DNA from: an uncultured Acidobacteriota bacterium
GTDB taxonomy: Bacteria > Acidobacteriota > Thermoanaerobaculia > Multivoradales > SZUA-115
DNA length: 64,000 bases
Assembly: GCA_963805975.1 (NCBI GenBank)
Contig: CAWDVR010000005.1
Coordinates: forward strand, 544,001-608,000
Reading direction: 5' to 3'
The position numbers and the translations under genes were made by a program. Below are positions 1-7,872 of the stretch, piece after piece. A model generated the notes under the pieces. It saw only the letters and a list, made by a program, of their open reading frames with translations, was not told the origin of the DNA and made no database searches. Within the stretch, counting starts at the first letter, position 1; the number at the start of each line of letters is the position of its first letter.

Positions 1-186
1 ACGCTCTATGTGTTCCTGATGGACGAGCGGGGGATGCACATCTTCGATCGCCGGATCGTGCCCGGCGCCTTCGAGGTGGCGACCGACGGCTATCGGTTGG
101 GTCTCGTCGAGACGCCGCACCTCTGGCACCTGGACGACGGGCTGGCCGCGCCGGCGGCCCCGGTCTTCGCCGCCGCTTCCCGATAG
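1..186 (+). CDS. 3' end of a probable Wzt-like polysaccharide ABC transporter ATP-binding protein (partial)
   Basis: Frame 1 is open from base 1 to TAG at 184-186 (TLYVFLMDERGMHIFDRRIV...GLVETPHLW...). It resembles a Wzt C-terminal domain and precedes a glycosyltransferase cluster. The identity is tentative. Confidence 0.5.
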   Translation, partial: TLYVFLMDERGMHIFDRRIVPGAFEVATDGYRLGLVETPHLWHLDDGLAAPAAPVFAAASR

Positions 187-196
187 GATAGGGACC

Positions 197-1315
197 GTGC
201 CGGATCTTGCCACCAGCCTCGCCGAGAGCGAGGAGATGACGGTCGGAGAGGCGCAGCCCAGCCCTTATCTCCACACCGGCGCCGACCGGATCTACAACCC
301 GCTCGCCGACCAGACTCTGGCGGCGGGGGATGCCGACTACGATCTCCTCCGCGGACTCCTGGACGGGTCGCTCACCGCCGACCAGCTCGCGCCCACGGCG
401 CGCGAGCGGCTCGCCGCCGCGCACTGGATCGCCGAGCCGGGTGAGGATCTTTCCACCCGCTTCCACCTCCGCTACGTCAGCCTCGAGGCGCACACGGTCT
501 GCAACCAGGCCTGCTACTTCTGCCCGGTGTCGGTGGCGCCGCGCGAGGACTACTTCATGCCCACCGAGGTCTACGAGGGCATCGTGGACCAGCTCGCCGC
601 CTACCGCCACACCATCGAGGCGGTGTCGATGATCAACTACAACGAGCCCACGCTCGACCGCCGCTTCCTCGACCAGGTGCGCTGCCTCAAGGCGGCGGGC
701 CTGCCGCCGGCGGTGCTCACCAACGGTTCGGGGCTGACCCCGGACCGGGCCGATGCCCTGGTCGAGATGGGTGGGATCAAGTACCTGTCGATCAACCTGT
801 CGACGCTGGACCGCGACCGCTACCGCGGCGACCGCGGCGCCGATCACCTGGGCGTGGTGGCGAAGAACCTCGAGCACATGCGCGACCTGGCCGTGGCGCC
901 CACCATGGAGATCGTCGTCCTGGGTACCGGCAACGAGGCCCACAAGCGGGACTTCGCGGAGATCACGGCGCGCTTCGCCGGCAGCCGCTTCGCGGTCAAG
1001 TACTACCAGGTCATGGACCGGGCGGGCTACATGCCGATCGGGCTCGGCCCGGCGGCCAAGCTGCGCAAGCTCTGCGGCTGCGAGAACGTGGGCTCCCGGC
1101 CGTTGCAGCACCTCCACATCACGCCGCACGGCAAGTGCGTGATGTGCTGCGAGGACTACGACGGGTACTACGAGATCGGCGACCTCACCGAGAGCTCGAT
1201 CGACGAGATCCTCACCGGGCCCGAGATCGCGCTCCTGCGGCGCTGGGTCTACGGTGTGGAGGAGGCGCCGCCGGGCTTCATCTGCCGCAAGTGCGTCTTC
1301 GCCCGCACCGAGTAG
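197..1315 (+). CDS. Radical SAM protein with C-terminal SPASM/twitch domain
   Basis: CNQACYFC (CxxxCxxC) motif, NYNEP and LTNG motifs, C-terminal C...HITPHGKCVMCCEDY...CRKC cysteine cluster. Confidence 0.9.
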   Translation: MPDLATSLAESEEMTVGEAQPSPYLHTGADRIYNPLADQTLAAGDADYDLLRGLLDGSLTADQLAPTARERLAAAHWIAEPGEDLSTRFHLRYVSLEAHTVCNQACYFCPVSVAPREDYFMPTEVYEGIVDQLAAYRHTIEAVSMINYNEPTLDRRFLDQVRCLKAAGLPPAVLTNGSGLTPDRADALVEMGGIKYLSINLSTLDRDRYRGDRGADHLGVVAKNLEHMRDLAVAPTMEIVVLGTGNEAHKRDFAEITARFAGSRFAVKYYQVMDRAGYMPIGLGPAAKLRKLCGCENVGSRPLQHLHITPHGKCVMCCEDYDGYYEIGDLTESSIDEILTGPEIALLRRWVYGVEEAPPGFICRKCVFARTE

Positions 1316-1325
1316 CGGCGGCGCC

Positions 1326-2366
1326 ATGCCGCGCGTTTCCCTCCTTCTCGTCACCTACCGCTCGGCACCCCAGGCGGCCGGAGCCATCTCCTCGTTGCGG
1401 CGTGAGGCCGCTGCCGCCGGCGTGAGCGCCGAGGTCGTGATCGTCGATCATTCCGAGTCGCGGGCAGAAGAGCAGCGCCTGTCGGCGCTCGCGCCGGACC
1501 ACCTCCTGCCGCGACCCAACCGCGGTTACGCCGCGGGCCTGAACGCGGGGATCGAGGCCGCCTCGGGCGAGGTGCTGCTGCTCGCCAACCCGGACATCGA
1601 GCTCCTTCCGGGCTCGCTCGCTGCGCTCCTCGCCGCGCTCGCGGCCGGCTGGCGGGTAGTAGGTCCCCAGTTTCAGCTCGGCCCCTTTCTTTTCCCACCG
1701 GCCGACCTCCAGACGCCGGGTGAGGAGCTGCGGCGCTGGCTCGCGGCGCGCTCGGCCTCTGCCTGGAGCCGCCACCTGCGCCGCGAGGTGCGTCGCTGGC
1801 GCCGCGCCTGGCGCGCGCCCGCACCGAGCGCTGTGCCCACCCTCTCCGGCGCGCTGGTGGCCGCCCCGCGCGAGACCTGTGAGCGCCTGGGGCCCTGGGA
1901 CGAAGGCTACTTCCTCTACTTCGAGGAGACCGACTGGCTGCGCCGCGCGCAACGCCTGGGCCTCGGCGTGGGGTTGGTGCCGGCCGCTCGGGTAAGGCAC
2001 CGCTGGGGCCACGCGGCGCGGCCGGACGAGCAGGGCCAGACCTTCGACCTGTCGCGGCAGCGCTACTTCGGGCGCCACTTCGGCCTCGCGGGCCGGCTCG
2101 TCACCCGCCTGCCCTCGCGCGCAGCCCCTGACCCGGCGCCGGTCTTCGCGACGGGAGCCCTACCCACGGCCCCTGGGCTGCTCTGGCTCCTCTCACCCTC
2201 ACCGCTGGGCTATCCCGCCGCGGGCCTCCAAGGTGTCTCCGCCGAAGAGATCCCCGCCGCCCTCGCCGCCTTCACGGCCGAGCGCAGCCACACGGGGCCG
2301 CTGACGCTCTCGGCCTACGACGTGGACCGTGAGGCGGTCGTGGGGCGCTGGAGCGTGAGCGGGTGA
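1326..2366 (+). CDS. Glycosyltransferase family 2
   Basis: ATG at 1326; VIVDH, NRGYAAGLNAG, ANPD, DEGYFLYFEETD motifs. Confidence 0.9.
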   Translation: MPRVSLLLVTYRSAPQAAGAISSLRREAAAAGVSAEVVIVDHSESRAEEQRLSALAPDHLLPRPNRGYAAGLNAGIEAASGEVLLLANPDIELLPGSLAALLAALAAGWRVVGPQFQLGPFLFPPADLQTPGEELRRWLAARSASAWSRHLRREVRRWRRAWRAPAPSAVPTLSGALVAAPRETCERLGPWDEGYFLYFEETDWLRRAQRLGLGVGLVPAARVRHRWGHAARPDEQGQTFDLSRQRYFGRHFGLAGRLVTRLPSRAAPDPAPVFATGALPTAPGLLWLLSPSPLGYPAAGLQGVSAEEIPAALAAFTAERSHTGPLTLSAYDVDREAVVGRWSVSG

Positions 2367-3208
2367 GACTTCCTCGCGTAGGGCCGGGTCCGGGCCTCAC
2401 CGCCCTGTGCCTGAGCGTAGGGCTCATGGCCTGCCAGCCTGGACCGGTTCCTCCGCGTCTCTCGGCGAAAGACCTGTGCTCGCTCGACGGCGTGACACCC
2501 GAAGTGATCCTGGTCGGCGAAGCCGATGCCTCCGAGTGGCACGGCAGGTTCGATCTGCCGGACCTGCCACACCTTTGGCAGCCGGCCGAGCCCGACGAGA
2601 TCATCTCGGACTTCCGCAAGGCCGTTCGAGCGCGGCTTGGCACGGATGTCGACGCGCGCGCGTTGATCGAGCGGCAGCGTGCGATTTTCGCCACGATGCC
2701 GGCAGAGTGGCGCGGCGAGGCCACCAACGCCACGCTGCTCCTGGAGGGTCGGGCCGGTACCATCACCCCCATCGGTTGCCTCGAGGCGATGCTCTGGAAG
2801 TGGCAGGCAGCCCGGTATCCCATGCTCGAGAACCCGACCGAGTTCGGTGCCTTCGTCCTGCGAGGCCAGGGGCGAGTCCGCGTGTACCTGTCGAGCGCCG
2901 ACCTGGTCGGCCAGAGAGTTCGCGACGAGGTCACGGAGCTCGTGCAGGCCGATGCTGTCGCCGGTTTCCAGCTCCTGGCCCACCTCCACAACCATCCGTT
3001 CCTGTTCGACCGTCAGGTGGGGGACCGCATGTGGACGGTGGAGGGCACCCAGGAAGACGTCGCCGGCGCGCTCGCACCAAGCATGACCGACGTCCAGTTC
3101 TACCGGAACCTCCGCGACAGCCACGGTCTCGAGGAAGCGTGGGTGACGAACGGTCTCGAGACCTCGCGCTTCGACGCCGGCGAGCTCGACACGCTGGCGG
3201 CGCGATGA
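2363..3208 (+). CDS. Putative lipoprotein with JAB/MPN+-like metal-binding motif
   Basis: Lipobox-like LMAC near the N-terminus; TEFGAFVL...HLHNHP...PSMTD pattern. Confidence 0.6.
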   Translation: MRLPRVGPGPGLTALCLSVGLMACQPGPVPPRLSAKDLCSLDGVTPEVILVGEADASEWHGRFDLPDLPHLWQPAEPDEIISDFRKAVRARLGTDVDARALIERQRAIFATMPAEWRGEATNATLLLEGRAGTITPIGCLEAMLWKWQAARYPMLENPTEFGAFVLRGQGRVRVYLSSADLVGQRVRDEVTELVQADAVAGFQLLAHLHNHPFLFDRQVGDRMWTVEGTQEDVAGALAPSMTDVQFYRNLRDSHGLEEAWVTNGLETSRFDAGELDTLAAR

Positions 3209-3229
3209 AGCCGGGTTCGAACCGTTCCG

Positions 3230-4384
3230 CTATCGCGGCTCTACGGTTTCCGCTGGCAGGAACATCTCCGCCACGGCATACGCCTGTTCGGAAAAGGCAG
3301 TGAAGGGCTGGAAGGTGAGGTTGCCCTGGATCGAGACCACCAGGCCGGCTTCGGGCAGGAGCACGAAGAAGGACATCGCACCGTTGGCGACGCCGCCGTG
3401 GTGGACGACGCGTAGCTCGCGCCCGCTCGCGGAGATCTTCCGCCGCCCGCTGCGCCAACCCATGGCGTAGCCCTCGCCATTGTCCGTGCCGTCCGCGAGC
3501 TTCTGGGGCGTCGTCAGGAGGTGGAAGGTCTCCGGCTTGACCACTCTCCCGGCGAGCACGGCATTGCCCAGCCGCACCATCTCGGTGGGTGTCGAAACGA
3601 AGCCACCCGCTGCCCACTTGTTGCTCACATCGGTCGCCGGCGCCTTCATCGGCGCCCCGATGAACCCCGCGATGTAGCTGGTGACGAGCCCGGGCGCCGG
3701 GGCCGCCTGCCGATTCGGTCCGGTGTGATCGAGACCCAGCGGCACAACGATCCGCTCGTTCACGAACGAGAGGAAGTCGCGCCCGGAGGCGCCCTCGATG
3801 GCCGCCGAGAGCAGCACGAAGTTGTAGGCCGAGTAGGCGTACTTCGTGCCGGGCTCGAAGCGCAGCGGATCGTCCCGGAAGACCCCGACCGCCTCCTGGA
3901 TCGAGCGAAACTCCCGCGTGTTCGTGTACTCGCCCGCCGCCATGTCGTAGTCCCGCAGGCCCGCCAGGTGCCCGGCGAGGAGGCGCGCGGTGAGCGCGTG
4001 GCCCTTGGCAGGGAAGTACGGCACGTAGGTCTGGATCGGTGCGTCGAGATCGAGCTTGCCCTCTTCGACGAGCTTGCCGAGCGCGAGCGAGGTCAAGACC
4101 TTCGACGTGCTGCCGAGCGGGAAGACGGACTCCGCCGTCACCGGCGTCGCGGCCTCCAGGTCGGACACACCGAAGGCCTGGGCCCACACCAGCCGGTCGT
4201 GTTGTCCGACCGCGATCGAGAGGCCAGGAATGCGCCGCTCCGCCATGAACGCGCGGAGCTGGTCCGCGGCACGCTGGGTGACAAGGGTTGTGGGCGGCGG
4301 CGTGACCGGCGGCGCCGCAGTCTGGGCGAGGACGGGCAGGGAGCAGAAAACGAGGAGCAGCGGAGCCATCCATGAAACGCGCAT
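3230..4384 (-). CDS. Serine hydrolase, beta-lactamase/class C-like family
   Basis: Signal peptide, GSTSK (SxxK), LAGHLAG, FEPGTKYAYSAYNF, HHGG motifs. Confidence 0.9.
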   Translation of the reverse strand: MRVSWMAPLLLVFCSLPVLAQTAAPPVTPPPTTLVTQRAADQLRAFMAERRIPGLSIAVGQHDRLVWAQAFGVSDLEAATPVTAESVFPLGSTSKVLTSLALGKLVEEGKLDLDAPIQTYVPYFPAKGHALTARLLAGHLAGLRDYDMAAGEYTNTREFRSIQEAVGVFRDDPLRFEPGTKYAYSAYNFVLLSAAIEGASGRDFLSFVNERIVVPLGLDHTGPNRQAAPAPGLVTSYIAGFIGAPMKAPATDVSNKWAAGGFVSTPTEMVRLGNAVLAGRVVKPETFHLLTTPQKLADGTDNGEGYAMGWRSGRRKISASGRELRVVHHGGVANGAMSFFVLLPEAGLVVSIQGNLTFQPFTAFSEQAYAVAEMFLPAETVEPR

Positions 4385-4389
4385 GGCCC

Positions 4390-5391
4390 CTACAACCCCT
4401 CCGCCCCAAACGCCGCCTCCACCCGGTCCAGCACCCGGTCGCGGCTGAACTCCTTGACGCAAGCAAAGCCGGCCTCTGCCAGGGCTCGCCGGCGCTCGGG
4501 GTCGGCCAGCGCAGCGACAATGGGCACCAGGGCCTCGGGCTCGCCGGGTGGGAAGCGGAGAAGGGCGTCGTCGGGGAGGACTTCGAGCGGGCGGATGCGC
4601 GAGGCCGCCACGGGCACGCCGCAGGCCATGGCTTCGAGGACCGGCAGCGAGAAGCCCTCTTCGTCGTAGGGCGGGTTGATGAGGGCGTCGAGGCGGTGGT
4701 AGAAGGCCGGCATCTCGGCGGTCGGCAGGTGGTGCCAGAAGTGGTCGGTGACGCCCAGGGCGCGCTCCTCGTCGGAGAACGGATCGGTCGAGGCGCGGTG
4801 TACCGCGAGCTCGTATCCGGCCTGCCGCGCCAGTGCCAGGCCCCGGAGCGCCTCGGGCACGCCCTTGGAGCGGACGCCGAAGGAGCCGACGATCCCCAGC
4901 GCCAGAGTCTGGCTCTCGCCGCGAGCCGGCCCGGGCACGAAGAGATCCTGGTCCACGAACTCGCCGATGAAGTGGCAGCGGCAGTCGTAGCGCTCGGCGA
5001 GGAGCGCTTCGAGATGCCGCGACACGAGGAGCTTGGGCACCGGCAGCCGGTAGACGGCGTCGATGGCCGGCAGCCTCTCCTCGTACTCGCGGTGCACCCC
5101 TTCCCAGCCCTGACAGAGGTGGAACACGCGCCGGGCGCCGGAGGCGAGAGCCGGTTGCAGGGTCGGGTAGAAGGTGCCGATGGCCACGTCGGCGCGCGGG
5201 ATGGCGCCGGGCTCGAAGATGGGCACCTGCTCGCAGGGCACCCGCACCGGGTGCCAGGCGGGCGGCGGCTCGGGGCTCACCACGCGCACGCCGTAGCCGC
5301 GGCCCTGAAGGCCCTCGGCGAGCTCGAAGACGATGCGGTTGCCGCCGTGGAGCGAGGTGGCGGGCAGCACGAAGACGACGCTCGGTCGCAT
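4390..5391 (-). CDS. Glycosyltransferase family 4
   Basis: HGGNRI N-terminus and EGFSLPVLEAMACGVPV signature. Confidence 0.9.
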   Translation of the reverse strand: MRPSVVFVLPATSLHGGNRIVFELAEGLQGRGYGVRVVSPEPPPAWHPVRVPCEQVPIFEPGAIPRADVAIGTFYPTLQPALASGARRVFHLCQGWEGVHREYEERLPAIDAVYRLPVPKLLVSRHLEALLAERYDCRCHFIGEFVDQDLFVPGPARGESQTLALGIVGSFGVRSKGVPEALRGLALARQAGYELAVHRASTDPFSDEERALGVTDHFWHHLPTAEMPAFYHRLDALINPPYDEEGFSLPVLEAMACGVPVAASRIRPLEVLPDDALLRFPPGEPEALVPIVAALADPERRRALAEAGFACVKEFSRDRVLDRVEAAFGAEGL

Positions 5392-5413
5392 CGAGACGCT
5401 CGGCGGGCCGGCC

Positions 5414-6112
5414 CTACCAGTCCCCGTCGTGCCGCTTCAGGAACACGGTGTCGTGCGGCGCCGACTTCTCTTCTTCCGGCCGGCCGTTCGTGTAGTAGTA
5501 GAACGAGACCGACTTGCGGCTCGTGCCGGCAGGGCAGGAGAGCGGCGTGGGATGGCCGTGGTACGAGCGGTCGGTGGTGCTGAACACCACCGTGCGGTTG
5601 AACAGCGGCAGGATCTTGCGCACGGCACCCTGCATCGCTTCGTCCCACAGCTCTAGGTGGCCGCCGTACTCCTCGCGCCAGTCGCGGTTCAGGTACACCA
5701 GCACGTTGAGCCGCCGGTCGAGGCGCAGCTTGGGATGCCAGTTGAAGTCGGCGTGCATCTTCAGGAAACCGCCGGGCAGGATCTGGTGCGGCCCGCCGCC
5801 GCCGAAGTAGGGGTCCGGGATCAGGCCGTCGATGCCGGTCAGCTCCTCGAGGAAGGCGAGCACCGGCGGCGAGCTCATCGCCTGCATGAAGGCCATCACC
5901 CGGGGGCCCACCGGGTTGCCGTGCCGGTAGCCCAGCTTCTTCTCCTGCGGGTTGTCGAACACCGCCCAGTCGACCGCGTCGGGACGCGGGAACTCGGCCA
6001 GCACGACGTCGAGATCGGCGTCGGCGAACAGGCCGTCGATGGCGATGTGGGGGAAGGGCTCGGCGCCGGCGTACTCGGCGGAGAGGGTCTTGGGGTCCGC
6101 GTTGAGATTCAT
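5414..6112 (-). CDS. 2OG-Fe(II) oxygenase family protein
   Basis: PFPH, HADFN (HxD), LNVLVYLN, GGHLELW, SYHG and RKS motifs. Confidence 0.9.
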   Translation of the reverse strand: MNLNADPKTLSAEYAGAEPFPHIAIDGLFADADLDVVLAEFPRPDAVDWAVFDNPQEKKLGYRHGNPVGPRVMAFMQAMSSPPVLAFLEELTGIDGLIPDPYFGGGGPHQILPGGFLKMHADFNWHPKLRLDRRLNVLVYLNRDWREEYGGHLELWDEAMQGAVRKILPLFNRTVVFSTTDRSYHGHPTPLSCPAGTSRKSVSFYYYTNGRPEEEKSAPHDTVFLKRHDGDW

Positions 6113-6211
6113 AGTGGAGAGGACCGCCGGGGGAGAGGTGAGCGAGGCGGACGGGCGAGTCTAGCCCCGCGCCGCGAGAGGGGTCAACCGCGGTAGGTAC
6201 AATACCGCCCC

Positions 6212-6928
6212 GTGGTCCCAGCACTGTCCGTGGTGATCCCCGCGTATCGGGAAGAGCATCGCCTGCCGGCGACGCTCGACCGCGTGCTCGCCTATCTCGA
6301 GGCGCGGGGCCTTCCTTTCGAGATCCTGGTGGTCGACGACGGCTCGCCGGACCGAACGGCGGAGATCGCCCGCTCGTATGAAGCGCGAGGCGTGACCCTT
6401 CTCTCGCAGCCCCAGAACCGCGGCAAGGGAGCGGCCGTCAAGCGCGGCGTCCTCGCCTCGCGTGGCGTCCTCGTGCTGCTCACGGACGCCGACCTCTCGA
6501 CGCCGATCGAGGACGTGGAGCGCCTTGAGCGCGAGGTGGGGGAGGCACCGCTGGTGCTCGGCAGCCGCGCCCTCGAGAGCTCGGAGATCACGCACCGCCA
6601 GCCGTTCTACCGCGAGGCCATGGGCAAGACCTTCAACTGGATCCTGCGCCGCCTCGGCCTGGTGCACATGCGCGACACGCAGTGCGGCTTCAAGCTCCTG
6701 GCTGGCGACGAGGCGCGCCGGCTGTTCTCGGAGCTCACCATCGACCGCTTCGCCTACGACGTGGAGCTGGTGCTGCTCGCCCAGGAGCACGGCCTCGCCG
6801 TGCGCGAGGTGGGCGTGCGCTGGGCCGACTCGTCGGCCTCGCGCGTCGACCCTGTCGCCGACTCGGCGCGCATGCTGTGGGACGTGCTGCGCCTCGCCCG
6901 CCGGCGCCGGGAGATGAAGCGCAGATGA
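6212..6928 (+). CDS. Polyprenyl/dolichyl-phosphate beta-glucosyltransferase-like GT2
   Basis: VVIPAY, VVDDGS, NRGKGAAV, TDADL, DTQCGFK, FAYDVE motifs. Confidence 0.9.
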   Translation: MVPALSVVIPAYREEHRLPATLDRVLAYLEARGLPFEILVVDDGSPDRTAEIARSYEARGVTLLSQPQNRGKGAAVKRGVLASRGVLVLLTDADLSTPIEDVERLEREVGEAPLVLGSRALESSEITHRQPFYREAMGKTFNWILRRLGLVHMRDTQCGFKLLAGDEARRLFSELTIDRFAYDVELVLLAQEHGLAVREVGVRWADSSASRVDPVADSARMLWDVLRLARRRREMKRR

Positions 6929-7872
6929 GCCAGCTCCGCCCCACCGAGGAGGGCGATCTCGCCCGGCTCTCCGACCTCTACAAGGAGCGCTTCGGCCATC
7001 CGCTGACCGCGGAGGAATGGCGCTGGAAATACCGCGCCCTGCCGGGAGAGGCCGAGAGCGTCGTGGCGGTGGACGACGCCGGCCGCGTGGTGGCCCATGC
7101 CGGCGCCCTGAAGCTGCCGGCGCGCTGGGCCGGGGGCGAGGGCGGGATCTGGCAGTTGACGGACTTTCTCGGCTCGACCCGCGGCGCGGGCCTGAAGGCG
7201 CCGCTGGTCAGCCTCGGGCGCTCCCTGCTGGAACGGCTGGGAGAGGCCAGCCAGGCGCCGTGGATCTTCGGCTTTCCCAGCGAGCGCCACTTCCAGCTCG
7301 GCGAGCGGGTGTTCGGCTACGGCCCGCTGGCCGAGGTCACGGAGCTCGCCGGGGACGTGTACCAGGCGGCGGCGCTGGCCGGGCGGGCGGAGGTGGCGCT
7401 CGAGGTCGGCGACCGCGGCGGGGACTGGGTGGAGGAGATCTGGGAAGCCTGCGGCCCGCCCGGGGCGGCCCCGCTGGGGGTGCGGCGCAGCGCGGCCTTC
7501 CTCGACTGGCGCTACTGGGCCCGGCCGGGGCGCTACTACCGCTTCTACCGCGTGCGCGGCGAGGGCGGCGACGGCCTGGCGGTGTTCGCCTTCGTGGGCT
7601 CGGAGGCGCTGGCCGCCGAGCTGTGGCTGCCCGCCGGCCGGGGCCTGGCCTCCGCGCTGCCGGCGATCGCCGGCGACCTGGTGGCGACCGGGCTCGAGCG
7701 CTGGCGCTTCTGGCCGCCGCCCCCGGGCGGCGAGCCGGGAGCTCTGGACGGCCTCGGGCTGGCGCCCCGCGCCCAGGTGTTCATCGGCTGCCGGGGTCGC
7801 GAGGGCGCTGGCAGCCCGGCGCCCTCTGCGGAGGGCTTCTTCTTCGCCATGGGCGACCATGACATCACCTAG
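6925..7872 (+). CDS. GNAT family N-acetyltransferase
   Basis: ATG at 6925 overlaps the upstream stop; WRWKY, VVAH, IFGFP, RSAAFLDWRY pattern typical of GNATs in glycan loci. Confidence 0.75.
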   Translation: MSQLRPTEEGDLARLSDLYKERFGHPLTAEEWRWKYRALPGEAESVVAVDDAGRVVAHAGALKLPARWAGGEGGIWQLTDFLGSTRGAGLKAPLVSLGRSLLERLGEASQAPWIFGFPSERHFQLGERVFGYGPLAEVTELAGDVYQAAALAGRAEVALEVGDRGGDWVEEIWEACGPPGAAPLGVRRSAAFLDWRYWARPGRYYRFYRVRGEGGDGLAVFAFVGSEALAAELWLPAGRGLASALPAIAGDLVATGLERWRFWPPPPGGEPGALDGLGLAPRAQVFIGCRGREGAGSPAPSAEGFFFAMGDHDIT

